Assembly (NCBI GenBank): GCA_963761975.1
Contig: CAVXIR010000004.1
Coordinates: forward strand, 1,155,148 to 1,219,147
Reading direction: 5' to 3'
Length of the DNA: 64,000 bases
DNA from: Vicinamibacterales bacterium
GTDB lineage: Bacteria; Acidobacteriota; Vicinamibacteria; Vicinamibacterales; JAMQPK01
In this document: positions 40,471 to 50,917 of the stretch, one piece after another
How positions within the stretch are numbered: position 1 is the first letter of the stretch
Layout: every line of letters starts with the position of its first letter
Notes under the pieces: model-generated
Told to the model about the DNA's origin: nothing
Seen by the model: only the letters and a program-made list of their open reading frames with translations
Database searches by the model: none
Program-made: the position numbers and the translations under genes

Positions 40471-41436
40471 ATGGCTGAACCGCGCACTCTCCAACAAGCA
40501 ATTCTCCACTTTTCCGACTACCGGAACTGCCACGAGGCTTTGGTCGCTGTGCGCTGGCCGGACGGCGTCGTGAAGTGCCCACGCTGCGGGTCGTCCCACG
40601 TCAGCTATCTGGCGAGCGCCCGCGTGTGGAAGTGCTACGAAGGACACCCCTGCGCCAAGTTCTCGCTCAAGGTCGGAACTGTGTTTGAGGATTCGCCGCT
40701 GCCGCTCGAAAAGTGGCTGCCCGCGCTCTGGCTGCTTACCAACTGCAAGAACGGCATCAGTAGCTACGAACTCGGCCGAGCCCTCGGCATCACCCAAAAG
40801 TCCGCGTGGTTCATGTTGCACCGGCTGCGCCTCGCGTTGCAGCAAGTTGAGGGCGGCGGGAAGATGCGGGGCGATATCGAAGTGGACGAAACCTACATCG
40901 GCGGCAAGGCTCGCAACATGCACATTGCCAAACGGAAGCGCATGGGCATTTCGCAAGGCCGGTCGATGGCTGGCAAAGTCGCCGTTATGGGCTTGCTCAA
41001 CCGCCACGGGAAGGACGGTGTCAGCCAGATTCGCACCGCCGTCGTGACTGGCCGCAAGAAGGGCCATTTGCAACCCGTCGTTCGCGCCGGTGTCGAAGCT
41101 GGCGCCACCATCCACACTGATAACCACTTCTCGTATCAGGGCCTTGATCGCGACTACACCCACAATGTTATCGACCATGCCGAAGCCTACGTGGATGGGA
41201 ACGTCCACACCAACGGCTGCGAAAACTTCTGGAGCCTCTTGAAGCGAGCCATTAAGGGCACCTATGTGAGTGTTGAACCATTCCATTTGTTCCGCTACCT
41301 TGATGAGCAAGCCTTCCGGTTCAACGAGCGCGCCTGCAACGACGCTGGACGCTTCATGCTGGCGCTTGTGGGTATCATTAATCAGCGTCTCACCTACAAG
41401 GCGCTCACCGGCTCGGAGTTGCCGCAAACGTGCTAA
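40471..41436 (+). CDS. IS1595-family transposase (N-terminal zinc ribbon + DDE domain)
   Basis: 321 aa. VRWPDGVVKCPRCGS, KFSLKVGTVFEDSPLPLEKW, EVDETYIGGK, HTNGCENFWSLLKRAIKGTY, YLDEQAFRFNER. Confidence 0.9.
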   Translation: MAEPRTLQQAILHFSDYRNCHEALVAVRWPDGVVKCPRCGSSHVSYLASARVWKCYEGHPCAKFSLKVGTVFEDSPLPLEKWLPALWLLTNCKNGISSYELGRALGITQKSAWFMLHRLRLALQQVEGGGKMRGDIEVDETYIGGKARNMHIAKRKRMGISQGRSMAGKVAVMGLLNRHGKDGVSQIRTAVVTGRKKGHLQPVVRAGVEAGATIHTDNHFSYQGLDRDYTHNVIDHAEAYVDGNVHTNGCENFWSLLKRAIKGTYVSVEPFHLFRYLDEQAFRFNERACNDAGRFMLALVGIINQRLTYKALTGSELPQTC

Positions 41437-41475
41437 GTTAGCCCAACCACAAATGCGTCGAGGTCAGAGACGACG

Positions 41476-41781
41476 ATGACAGCCGAGCACGTCACGCTTT
41501 TCGAACCGGCCGATCTGCGAGCCATGCGGATCGTCTGCAAAAAATGCCGCTGTTCTCTTAGTCTCCAACTTGATGAAACAATCCGTATTCCTAGTGACTG
41601 CCCTGTGTGTCGTGAAACATGGTGGGAGGGGCAACCATTTTCGGGCAAATTCTCACCTCCAGAAACCATCGCCGCAGCACTGAAAATATGGCGCGCTGAA
41701 CGGGAGAAGCACTCGTTTACGCTGCAATTCGAGGTCGTTACCCCTCATGACATCCCCACGCAAAAACGCCACGAGCACTAA
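41476..41781 (+). CDS. Small hypothetical protein with CxxC...CxxC zinc-ribbon-like motif (IS cargo)
   Basis: 101-aa ORF containing CKKCRC...(15 aa)...CPVC. A 9-bp perfect hairpin (GTGCCAGCA/TGCTGGCAC, 41786-41811) follows the TAA stop. I recognise no family. Confidence 0.45.
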   Translation: MTAEHVTLFEPADLRAMRIVCKKCRCSLSLQLDETIRIPSDCPVCRETWWEGQPFSGKFSPPETIAAALKIWRAEREKHSFTLQFEVVTPHDIPTQKRHEH

Positions 41782-41901
41782 AGACGTGCCAGCAGATAAC
41801 CATGCTGGCACAATGGACAGATTCACCGAAGGACTTCGGCGTGTCTTGTCCGCTCCAAAACCCAAGACCAGACATAAGCGGCGAAAGGTTCGCGGCCCTC
41901 G

Positions 41902-42735
41902 TCAGTCGTGAGCATGAAACACGAAATGACTATTGCTCCACTCTGGCTCTGGCCGTGCGCAGACCAACTGGCCTACTAGGATGTTGTAGAACTCATCCAC
42001 AGTCTTGTCTCGAAAATAGCGGAGCATGACGTAATTACAGGCATCAGCAACCTGGATACCCACAGAATCAACCGAATCACCGAAATACATGTCGTCGTGT
42101 AGATGAAAGAGTCTGCCCGTCTGTGACCACGCACCGGTCGATTCTCGTGTCTGTTGGCGTAGTGCTCTAAAGCTGTCTTTTAATACCCCTTTAATGTTTT
42201 TGTCGCAGTCATCAAGTATGAGGAGAGAAAGCGGCACTTCCAGCATCGCGAGACGAATACTGTCGTTCGCCACGCTCAGCGTCTTCGCCTTTTTATCAAG
42301 CTCGTTTCGTACCCAATCATCAATAGCTAGTGCGCACATTCGAAAGCCCACGTCTGTGGGATGGGCCGACCCAAAGGCGCTATTCGTCACAGCCTTTTTA
42401 TCTACGGCACAGTAGAAATAGGGGGCATCGAGATTCGTCGGTATTCTTATGAGGCGTCGGAACGCATTTAAGCGGTCTTCTTCCGGGATGCCCTCGAAAT
42501 CACGCGTGCCCAGAAAGAGATCGCTCGCGTGGAACTCCAGAAATGTGTCGGCCTTGTCTGCCGGGAGAATGTCGTGGACGGCCAATCCGACAGCGCCCTT
42601 TAGGTCGCGAAAATTTCGGTGGTCAATCAGAATCCCGCCAAAAATCAAAACCGGATTCCTTCGGTCTGAGCCTGAATCATCTAGATACGCTAGATACACA
42701 CAGGCCCCCTGACTTCTCTGTAAACCCAGGAACAC
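41902..42735 (-). CDS. DUF3800 domain-containing protein (IS cargo)
   Basis: 277 aa. N-terminal YLAYLDDSGSD and C-terminal GIQVADACNY are the conserved acidic and QxAD motifs I associate with DUF3800. The GTG start at 42735 is uncertain. Confidence 0.7.
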   Translation of the reverse strand: MFLGLQRSQGACVYLAYLDDSGSDRRNPVLIFGGILIDHRNFRDLKGAVGLAVHDILPADKADTFLEFHASDLFLGTRDFEGIPEEDRLNAFRRLIRIPTNLDAPYFYCAVDKKAVTNSAFGSAHPTDVGFRMCALAIDDWVRNELDKKAKTLSVANDSIRLAMLEVPLSLLILDDCDKNIKGVLKDSFRALRQQTRESTGAWSQTGRLFHLHDDMYFGDSVDSVGIQVADACNYVMLRYFRDKTVDEFYNILVGQLVCARPEPEWSNSHFVFHAHD

Positions 42736-42830
42736 GTAATCCTGTTCCGGGTAATAAGATACCTAGCGGTAACATCGCGCCTGACACGCTACCGGGATTG
42801 GTGGCGGTCAGTCAAGTATATTATTACCGC

Positions 42831-42898
42831 TCGTAGCTGGTAGCTGGCCGGTAGCTACCAGCTGCTACAGGCTACAAGCTACCAGCTACCGGCTAAGC
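42831..42898. repeat. Right part of the GTAGCNN heptad palindromic array
   Basis: tcgtagctggtagctggccggtagc | taccagctgctacaggctacaagctaccagctaccggctaagc. The palindrome centre is GGTAGCTACC, and the array runs up to ATG 42899. Confidence 0.75.
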
Positions 42899-44530
42899 AT
42901 GCTCACGTTCGACTACGTCATAGTAGGCGCCGGCAGCGCCGGCTGTGTGCTCGCCAACAGGCTGTCAGCCGATCCGAAAACCTCGGTGCTGCTGCTCGAG
43001 GCCGGCGGGCAGGACGACTGGTTCTGGATCAACATTCCGGTCGGTTACCTCTACACGATCGCAAATCCTCGCACCGACTGGTGTTACAAGACACAACCCG
43101 ACGAGCATCTTGCAGGACGATCGATTCACTACGCCCGCGGCCGGGTTCTGGGCGGATGCTCGTCGATCAACGCGATGATCTACATGCGAGGCCAGAAGCT
43201 TGACTATGACTACTGGGCCTCGCTGGGCAATGCCGGCTGGTCATGGGATGAGGTACTGCCGCTCTTCCGCAAGGTAGAGGACTATCAGCACGGCGCCGAC
43301 GAGATGCACGGCGTCGGGGGCGAGTTGCGCGTCGAAGAGGGGCGGGTGCGCTGGGAAATCCTCGAGGCATGGCGCGACGCGGCCGAAGAATGCGGCATCC
43401 CGAAGATCCGGGAGTTCAACCGCGGCGACAACTTCGGCAGCGCCTACTTTCAGATGAATCAGCGTCGCGGGGTTCGATGGAGCGCGACGAAGGCGTTTCT
43501 GCGGCCTGTGCTGTCTCGGCCGAACCTCACGGTCATCACCAAGGCGCTCGTCGAACGAATGCGGATCGGCCGCCGCAACGGTATGCCGCGGAGCGAGGGA
43601 GTGGAGTTCGTGCACGAGCGCGACGGCCGCACGTTCGCCGAGGCGCGAAAAGAAACAATCCTGGCGGCGGGCAGCATCGGATCGCCCCAACTGCTGCAGC
43701 TCTCCGGTGTCGGCCCGGCCGCCATGCTCTCGGCGCGTGGCATCGAACCGGTTCGCCATCTGGCGGGCGTCGGCGAGAACCTGCAGGATCACCTTCAGAT
43801 CCGGATGCAATACAAAGTGAAAAACACGGTAACGCTCAACGATCGTGTGAACACCGTGTTCGGAAAAATCGCGATGGCGGCTGAGTACATGCTATTCAAG
43901 ACCGGCCCGCTCACGATGCCGCCCTCTCAACTGGGCGCGTTCGCCCGGAGCGATGCTACACAAGGGACGGCCAATATCGAGTGGCACGTCCAGCCGCTCT
44001 CGCTCGATAAGTTCGGCGATCCGCTCCACACGTTCCCCGCGATCACGCCGAGCGTATGCAATCTCCGCCCTCTGTCGCGCGGATGGGTGCGCATCGTGTC
44101 GCCGGATCCGGCGGCCTATCCCGAGATCAAGCTGAATTACCTTCGCGCGCCGGAAGATCGCGCGATTGCGGTCGATGCGATGCGATTTACGCGCCGCATC
44201 ATGGCCGCCAGAGCGCTCGCGCGATTCGAGCCGGACGAGTTTCGTCCGGGACCTGGCTACGACACCGACGAACAGCTGGTGCGCGGGGCAGGCGAGCTGG
44301 GTACGACCATCTTCCATCCAGTCGGCACGTGCAAGATGGGCAACGATCCGATGGCGGTCGTCGACGACCGGCTTCGCGTGAGGGGCGTCGAAGACCTGAG
44401 AGTCGTCGACGCATCGATCATGCCGAGGATTACGTCGGGAAACACCCAGGCGCCGGTCTACATGATTGCCGAGAAAGGGAGTGCGATGATTCTGGAAGAT
44501 GCACGTCAGCCGGTAGCCGGTAGCCGGTAG
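42899..44530 (+). CDS. GMC-family FAD oxidoreductase (choline-dehydrogenase-like)
   Basis: 543 aa. FDYVIVGAGSAGCVLANRLSADP, GGCSSINAMIYMRG, HPVGTCKMG. The last codons (PVAGSR*) are encoded by the heptad array. Confidence 0.9.
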   Translation: MLTFDYVIVGAGSAGCVLANRLSADPKTSVLLLEAGGQDDWFWINIPVGYLYTIANPRTDWCYKTQPDEHLAGRSIHYARGRVLGGCSSINAMIYMRGQKLDYDYWASLGNAGWSWDEVLPLFRKVEDYQHGADEMHGVGGELRVEEGRVRWEILEAWRDAAEECGIPKIREFNRGDNFGSAYFQMNQRRGVRWSATKAFLRPVLSRPNLTVITKALVERMRIGRRNGMPRSEGVEFVHERDGRTFAEARKETILAAGSIGSPQLLQLSGVGPAAMLSARGIEPVRHLAGVGENLQDHLQIRMQYKVKNTVTLNDRVNTVFGKIAMAAEYMLFKTGPLTMPPSQLGAFARSDATQGTANIEWHVQPLSLDKFGDPLHTFPAITPSVCNLRPLSRGWVRIVSPDPAAYPEIKLNYLRAPEDRAIAVDAMRFTRRIMAARALARFEPDEFRPGPGYDTDEQLVRGAGELGTTIFHPVGTCKMGNDPMAVVDDRLRVRGVEDLRVVDASIMPRITSGNTQAPVYMIAEKGSAMILEDARQPVAGSR

Positions 44531-44568
44531 CGAAGGCTACCAGCTACTGGCTACGAGCTACGAGCTAG
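44509..44568. repeat. Palindromic GTAGCNN heptad array between convergent genes
   Basis: (GCCGGTA)x3, then the loop cgaagg, then ctaccag ctactgg ctacgag ctacgag ctag. The reverse complement of the right arm is again GTAGCNN heptads. Confidence 0.8.
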
Positions 44569-44569
44569 T

Positions 44570-47500
44570 TCAGAACGTCAACCGGAACGCCAGCTGCATC
44601 AACCGAGGCTGGTTGGCCTGTGAGGTGACCTGGCCGAAAATGCTGGTGGCCGCCGTCGACGCCTGCGTGTTCGGCGGGCCGAACTGCACGCGATTGAACA
44701 GGTTGAACGCTTCGATACGAAGCATCAGGTTCACTTTGTCGCCGATGCGCGTCGTCTTCGAGACGGCCATGTTCCAGTTGTTGACACCGTGCGCGCGCAG
44801 GTCGGGATCGGTCCGCTCCGCGTTGCCAAGGTCCCACCGCACCGATGCGATCGGTGGAGGCATCGCCGGCGACGAACGCCGCGTTGGGCACGCTGAAACA
44901 GCTGGTGTTGAACCAGCGATTCAGGCGATCCACTGCCGAGCCGGAGACCTGCTTGTCGCAGTTCGGATCGACGTTCGGGCGCAATCCGTAACCCGAGCCG
45001 ATCAAATTAGGGGTTGCCGTAAATGCGAGAGGATATCCTGCCTGCAACGTGGTGAAGCCGCTCAGCGTCCACCCGCTGATGAGCGTGTCTGCTGATACCG
45101 GTCGCCCCTCCTCCGAACCGGCGGCCTGCGCCGAACGGCAGGTCCACCACGTAGTTGAAGACGAACCTGTGCGGGACATCGAAGCTGCTCAGGGCGAATT
45201 CGTTCTCCAGATCGTTGGTCTGGTAGCCGGCGGCCGGGTTCCCGGCCCCCGATTCGAGCCAGCCGGTCACCGTCTCCACATTGCCGTAATTCCTGGAGAA
45301 CGTGTAGTTCGCGCTGATAACGCTGCCGGCGCCGAAGCGCTTGTCCGCCCGCAGCTGCAGGGCGTTGTAGCTGCTTTCGCCGAAATATCCCGGCTCGGTT
45401 CGCCGATGTGTACTGCGGGAACTGATTCAGAAGGAGGTTGCGCTGAACGGTAGCCGTGGACAGCGCGCCCTCGCGAACGATCCCCAGGAACGGATTCGGC
45501 ACCGTCTGCCGCAGATAGGCGCCGTAGCAGGTGTCGCGCTGCGTCGAGGTGTAGCCGGGCTGCCCCTGCGGAATGATCACGTTTCCCGTCAAGCTGCACA
45601 CGGTCGTGTCGTTCGCCGCGCGATTGATGTGATCCAGCCCCAGCTGATTCATGTTCAGGGTGGCGGGGAGATGGCTGCCGCGCAGGCCTATGTACGCGAC
45701 CTCGACCGACAAGTTGATTCGCGAACTGATGCTGCAAGGCCACGTTGAACTGCTGCGTCCGGCCCGGATAGCCCTCCTCATCGCGGTAGAACTGGTTGCC
45801 GGTGCCTCCGAGCAGCACCTGCTGGAAACTGGGGTCGCGTCCCGGATAGTTATCGACGCCGGTCGGGAACGGATTGCTCAGGTCGGTGAAGAAGGTGCGG
45901 TTGTTGTCGACGCTGGTCGCGATGTTATTGGTTCGGTTGGTTCACGGGGTTGCCCGTCGGCCCATCTGGAAATCGTGCGGTCGAGGGCACGTAGAACGTC
46001 CCGCCACCGGCGCGCAGGACCGTGTTGTCCGTAAGGCGATACGCCACGCCGACACGCGGCGCAAACTGCAGGGGATTCTTCCTCAGCGTGCGCTCCGGTT
46101 GCCCGTCGCTCGCCACCAACTCGAACGCACCGAGGTACGGCTTTCCCGTTTCCGGGTTCGTCCGCCCCGCCAGAAGCGGGTTGACCAGGTCGGGGTTGAA
46201 GGTCACGAGGCGGTCTTCCGTCTCGAAGTACGCACCCGGCTTCTCCAGGCGCAATCCGAGGTTCACGGTCAGCCGGGAGTTCATCTGCCACGAATCCTCG
46301 ACAAAGTACGCCTGGTACCGTGGAGCGGCCGTAGTTGAAATTCGATGACTGGTACGTCCCGCCTGTGGGCTGACCGATCAGAAACGACGCGAACGGATCG
46401 CCCGTTGCGCCCGGGATTCGTGCCGTCGAGCGCCGTCGGCGTTGTTGGCGAACGTGAACGTGCCGCCCACGTTGTTGTTCTGAAAGTAGTTGACCTCGCC
46501 GTTCAGGATGTTCGCGCCCGCCTTCAGCGTGTGAGCGCCCATGATCTTGGTCAGCGTCGGCGTGAACGAATACGTATAGTCGTCCGCGTAGATGAGACCG
46601 GTGCCGATGACCTGGTTCGAGCCGGCCCCGATGTTTGGAAGGGTTGGCGGGACTCCGTCGCTGCGTTCGGGAATCTGGCCGTAAGGCGTCACGGGAAGAC
46701 CGAACGTCGACACCAGGTCCGTCCCCAGGTTGCCCGGGGTGCGATCGTAGTCCCACCGCATCATCCCGAACCGCACGTCCAGCACCGTCGACGAGTTGAA
46801 GGTGTACGTGTCGGCCACCATCACCTGCGTCGTGATGAAGTGCTCGGGCGAGTACGGATCGCCGTTGGTCTGGCCGTTGCCGTACACGTCCACCGGAAGG
46901 TTGGTCGAGTCGAATCGCGTGTACCGGCCGATGATGCGGTTGTTCTGGCTCATGTTGTAGTCGGCGCGAACGTTGACCTGGTCGTTGTCGCCGCCGATCG
47001 AGGAGTTGCTTCTCGAAGTTGTTCGTGGTCCAGCGGCCGGCCACCGTCGGTTCGGCGTAGATCGGGAAGTCCAGGAACTTCTTCGCAATCGGACTGATGC
47101 GGTTCGCCGGGATGATGTTGCCGGGAAATTGCTGGCGATTGGGTACGCCGGGCGCGCCGCAGACGCCGTTGAAGACCCCCGTGCCGGGATTGTTGATGCC
47201 GCACTGCGTCCACGGATCGTAGATCGGCACGACCGTCGTGACCACTGCCGCGATAGTCGGAGAAGTCACCGGCCTTCATCGCGGCCGTCGGCACCGTGCG
47301 CCGGAACAGCACACCTTCGCGGTTGCGGTAGCCTTCGAAACTGCCGAAGAAGAACAGCTTGTTCTTGAGCACCGGACCGCCCATCGACCCGCCGAAGTTG
47401 TTCTGCACGAACGGCGGCTTGTCGAGGCCGGCGCGCTCGCCGAAGAACGTGTTCGAGTTGAGCGCCTTGTTGCGGTGTTGTTCGAAGAGCGCTGCCGTGA

Positions 47501-48278
47501 TAGGCGTTCGTGCCCGACCGCGACGCGATGTTGACGACGCCGCCGGTGAAGCGGCCGAACTCGGCGCTGCTGTTGTTGGTCTGCACGCGGAACTCGGCGA
47601 CCGCCTCCGGGCTCGGCGTCAGCACGACGATGTTGCCGTAGGCCGAATCCTGCACCGTCACGCCGTCGAAGTAGGACGCGCTCTGGTTCGCCGTGCCGCC
47701 GCCGATCTGGTAGTTGCCAGCCGCGAACACGTTCTTGCCCGTCAGGCTCCCTTCGCTGCCGCCTTGCGGCACGACGGAAGGCGCCAGCGTAATCAGGTTG
47801 AGCACGTTGCCGCCGTTCAGCGACAACTGCCGTATGCGGCTGCTCTCCATCACAATGCCGACCGACGCGTTTGTCGGTCTGCAGCACCGGCGCCTCACCG
47901 GCGACCGTGGATCGTCTCGGACAGGTTGCCGAGCTGCAGGCTCACCTCGATGCGAGGCTGCGTGATTGACGTTGACCTCGATCCCCTCGCGCACGAAGCG
48001 CTGGAACCCGGTCAGCTCGACCTCGAGCCGGTAGGTGCCAGGGCACGAGATTCAGGAAGCGGTACGGCGCCATCTTCCGCGCTCACGCCTTCGCGTCGTT
48101 CGTTGGTGGACGGTGTTCACGAGAATGACGGTCGCGCCGGGAATGACGCCGCCCTGGTCGTCGTTGACGACGCTGACCAGAGACCCGTAGAAGCTCTGGC
48201 TCATGGCTGGAACGGCAACGAGGAGAGCAGACGATAAAGCAGGGCCGCCCGAGTCCACGCCGAATGGCGGTGCAACAT
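44570..48278 (-). pseudogene. TonB-dependent receptor (about 1230-aa class) broken by at least a dozen frame changes
   Basis: ATG comp. 48276-48278 follows AGGAGG. Colinear good-quality TBDR peptide runs through the following track fragments:
- 48052.. (tail)
- 47266..47994
- 46950..47408
- 45878..47269
- 46378..47088
- 45925..46284
- 45267..45818
- 45062..45781
- 45007..45279
- 44565..45179
- 44570..44863, which ends ...LMQLAFRLTF*. Confidence 0.85.
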
Positions 48279-48332
48279 GCAACCTCCTGGTTGTAAATGC
48301 GGTCGAAAATCCGACAATTGGCGGTTTGAGCA

Positions 48333-48345
48333 ATCGATAATCGAT
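48333..48345. promoter_or_regulatory. Tandem ATCGAT motif (ATCGATAATCGAT), candidate operator
   Basis: Lies 55-67 nt upstream of the TBDR start at 48278. Forms an 18-nt exact inverted copy of 18879-18896. Confidence 0.5.
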
Positions 48346-48418
48346 TACAGATATTGGCTTTGTCAAGGGATTTGAATCCCTGGTACTCCATGAATTTGAA
48401 TCCCGCGCACGTGACGCC

Positions 48419-50655
48419 CTACCGGCCCATCGCGCGCAGGGCCTCGAGCGCGGCCTGCCGCGCCTCTGCATCGTCGCCCTTCGCGGCGATCTCGTATTCC
48501 CGCGCCGCTTCCTCGGTGCGGCCCATGGCGCGCCAGCACGTCGGCGAGATCGACGTGCGCCTGAGCCAGCCCAGGCGCCAGCTTGACCACTTTCTGCAGC
48601 TCCGTCACCGCTTTTGGATACGAGCGCGTCAGCGCCAGGACCACGCCATAGCTGTGGCGCGCCTCCACATAATTCGGATCGCTGCGGATGGCCTGCTCGA
48701 AGTGATGCCCGGCCTCGGCGTACGCCTTGCGGCCCGCCAGCAGATTGCCAAGGTTGTTGTGCGCCTCGGCGAGATCGGGCTGCGTGCGGATCGCCGCGCG
48801 CAGATGCCGTTCGCCGGCATCGTCGAGGCCCTTCCGCAGCGACGCCAGCCCCATCGTGTTGTTCGCCAGCGGCAGATCCGGATCGAGCGCAAGCGCACGT
48901 TCGAGCGACTTCTGCGCGTCGTCTACTTTTGTTGGCGCAAGTATACGTTGCCGAGATCGGCCAACGCCGTCGCGTCTTCGGGACGAATTGAGACAGCTTT
49001 TTCCAGCGCCTGCGCGGCCCGGGCCATGTCCCCGATCGCGGTGGCGGCCGCCGCCCAGCTCCTTGAGCGCCGGCACGAACGTGGCGTCGCGTCGCAGCGC
49101 CTCGTCCGACCAGCGGATGGCGGCTTGATGGTTCGCCGTCCTGCGAGTACGCGCGGGCGAGCTCGTAATAGAAGTCAGGTCGAGCAGGCCGGTGCTTTTC
49201 AATCGCCTGTTCGAGCCGCTGAATGCCTGCGGTCAGATTCGAGCCTTGCTGCACCTGCGCCAGCGCGAGATACAGCTCGTTCTCCGGAGTGGGTGGCAGC
49301 GTTTTCGGATAATAGAGTGCGACTTCGCCGCGATAATCGCCCTGTCTCAGCGCGTCCGTCTCTTGAATCGCTGCCAGCAGATTGCCCGCCGCCCGGCGGC
49401 GCTGAATGAAGTGATCGGTCATGACGACGTGCACCGCATCTTCAGTACGCCGCTTCGGCATATGACAGTCGAGGCACGTGGGCGTGGCGCCGACACCCTG
49501 CACCCGCGGCACTCCCGAGCGATGAGTTCCCTCGTGACAACCCTGGCACACCGCGACGTAACGCTTCACCGCCGCCTCGCCGCGCGGGATATCGTGCGGA
49601 TCGTGACAGGTCTGGCATGTCATCTGGCTGCGCTGAAAGCACGCGGACTTCGACAGGCGATACGCGCCGCCGGCGATTTCGAACTTGTCGTCCCGCCCGC
49701 TCCCCGGCGCGTGATCGAAGTAGATGAAGTAGTCGCCGAGCGCCTTGCCGGGTGAAAAGGAAAATGGCGGCTGCTCATACCGGCGCACCTGAAACGGCAG
49801 CGGCGTGCTCGTCGGCTCGAGGTGGCATTGCATGCACGTTTCGAGCTGCCGGTCGCGATCGAACCTGGCGGGATTCACAATCGCCAGCCTGGCCGCGTCG
49901 AGCGCCCCGGTCTTGACGGCTTCGACGTGCGCCTGCCCCGGCCCGTGACATCGCTGGCAGTCGATGCCCTCCGGCAGCGAGTCGCCGAATTTCGGAGCAG
50001 AGTCGGCGTCGGGAACCGGCGCTCGCGGGTAGCCGTTGTGGCACGACATGCACCCGGCGTCGATGACCCGGCGAAAATCGAGATGTGCGGGACCGTCGTA
50101 GCCAGGGCTCATCGCCCAGTAGCCGCCACGCTCGGCATACCAGCTCACCGGGAGCTGAAGCAGCTGTCCGTCAGCGCTGCGGTGCAGGAACGTACGCGCG
50201 TGATTGCCTGAGCCAATCACGTAGTCCGCTGCGAATTCGACGCTGTTCGCTTCCCTGCCGTCGAAGCCGATCTGGTGGCGTCTTTGATAGAACGTGCCGT
50301 CGCGCTCGACCATTGTGTAGTGGCGATCGGACGCATCATGGTAAAGGCGGTTGCGGACGCTGAAATCAGCAGGAGGAGTAGTGTCTGGGCGTAGCTTCGC
50401 AAACGACCGCGCCATGCCCGTCAGGCTGTACGTGCGTGCGATGGCGTCGTGGCACATCGCGCAGCTGGCAGAGTCGGCATAGCCGCCGGCGCCGGCCTGC
50501 TGTTCTGCGTCAACGCTTTGCTGTGGAGGCGCCTGCGGCAGCGTCATCCAGCGGCGCGCGGCCACCATGGCGGCGATGGCCACGGTTACTGCCAGCAACG
50601 CCACGAGCAATCGCGTGCGTGGTGTTCCTGCCGGCGCCCCAGATTTTGGCTTCAC
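48419..50655 (-). pseudogene. Multiheme c-type cytochrome (7 CxxCH) fused to TPR repeats; the TPR half is frame-disrupted
   Basis: The N-terminal part of about 500 aa is intact in ORF 48052..50655 (CAMCH, CMSCH, CQRCH, CMQCH, CQTCH, CQGCH, CLDCH). The TPR part switches frames at least four times between about 48440 and 49150. This uses ORF 48363..49202 and a third frame reading AAAATAIGDMARAAQALEKAV. The reconstructed end is ...EALRAMGR* (stop comp. 48419-48421). The GTG start is uncertain. Confidence 0.75.
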
Positions 50656-50917
50656 TGAACGCTTATTACATCACTTCACCGCCCGATGCGCCTGAGATAC
50701 GCGGCTGTGGGCGATCACATGCGCGCCCTCCACTCCAGAGCCACCGACAGCCACGTCTATCCCGGACGCGGGTAGATCCGGCAGTGACCTCACTGGAGCA
50801 TTTGAGGCACATCTGATACCCGTCCGTAAGTAGCTGATTGTAAAAAAGGAAATATCTCGCCCGGTCTGCGAGTTCCAGCGCCCCGTTCCCGCCTTGCTAA
50901 CCGAGGGGGAATGGGAC

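Larger units (their letters stand above)
40421..42830. mobile_element. IS1595-family insertion element (2410 bp) with two passenger ORFs
   Basis: Perfect 25-bp terminal inverted repeats: GCGGTAATAATATACTTGACTGACC at 40421-40445 and its reverse complement at 42806-42830. The flanking direct repeat is 5-9 bp depending on where the IR ends (GCTCGTAGC at 40414-40422 and 42829-42837). An intact transposase lies inside. The cargo region is visibly AT-richer than the flanks. Confidence 0.85.

Noticed and set aside
40401-44568. Heptad arrays as a CRISPR array
   Set aside because: The period is 7 bp with no unique spacers, and no cas genes are present.
48365-48403. tRNA-like T-arm / 3' end (AGGGATTTGAATCCCTGGTACTCCA) and an 11-bp direct repeat ATTTGAATCCC (starting at 48370 and 48393)
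   Set aside because: The loop is 6 nt, no complementary acceptor 5' strand or anticodon arm lies upstream, and the spacing to CCA is too short. At most this is a tRNA-gene or att-site remnant, not a functional tRNA.
48052-48418. C-terminal part of the 867-aa ORF 48052..50655, read as one protein
   Set aside because: It is a read-through artefact. This frame crosses the true cytochrome/TPR stop region and the 140-bp intergenic spacer, and runs into the signal peptide of the downstream TBDR.
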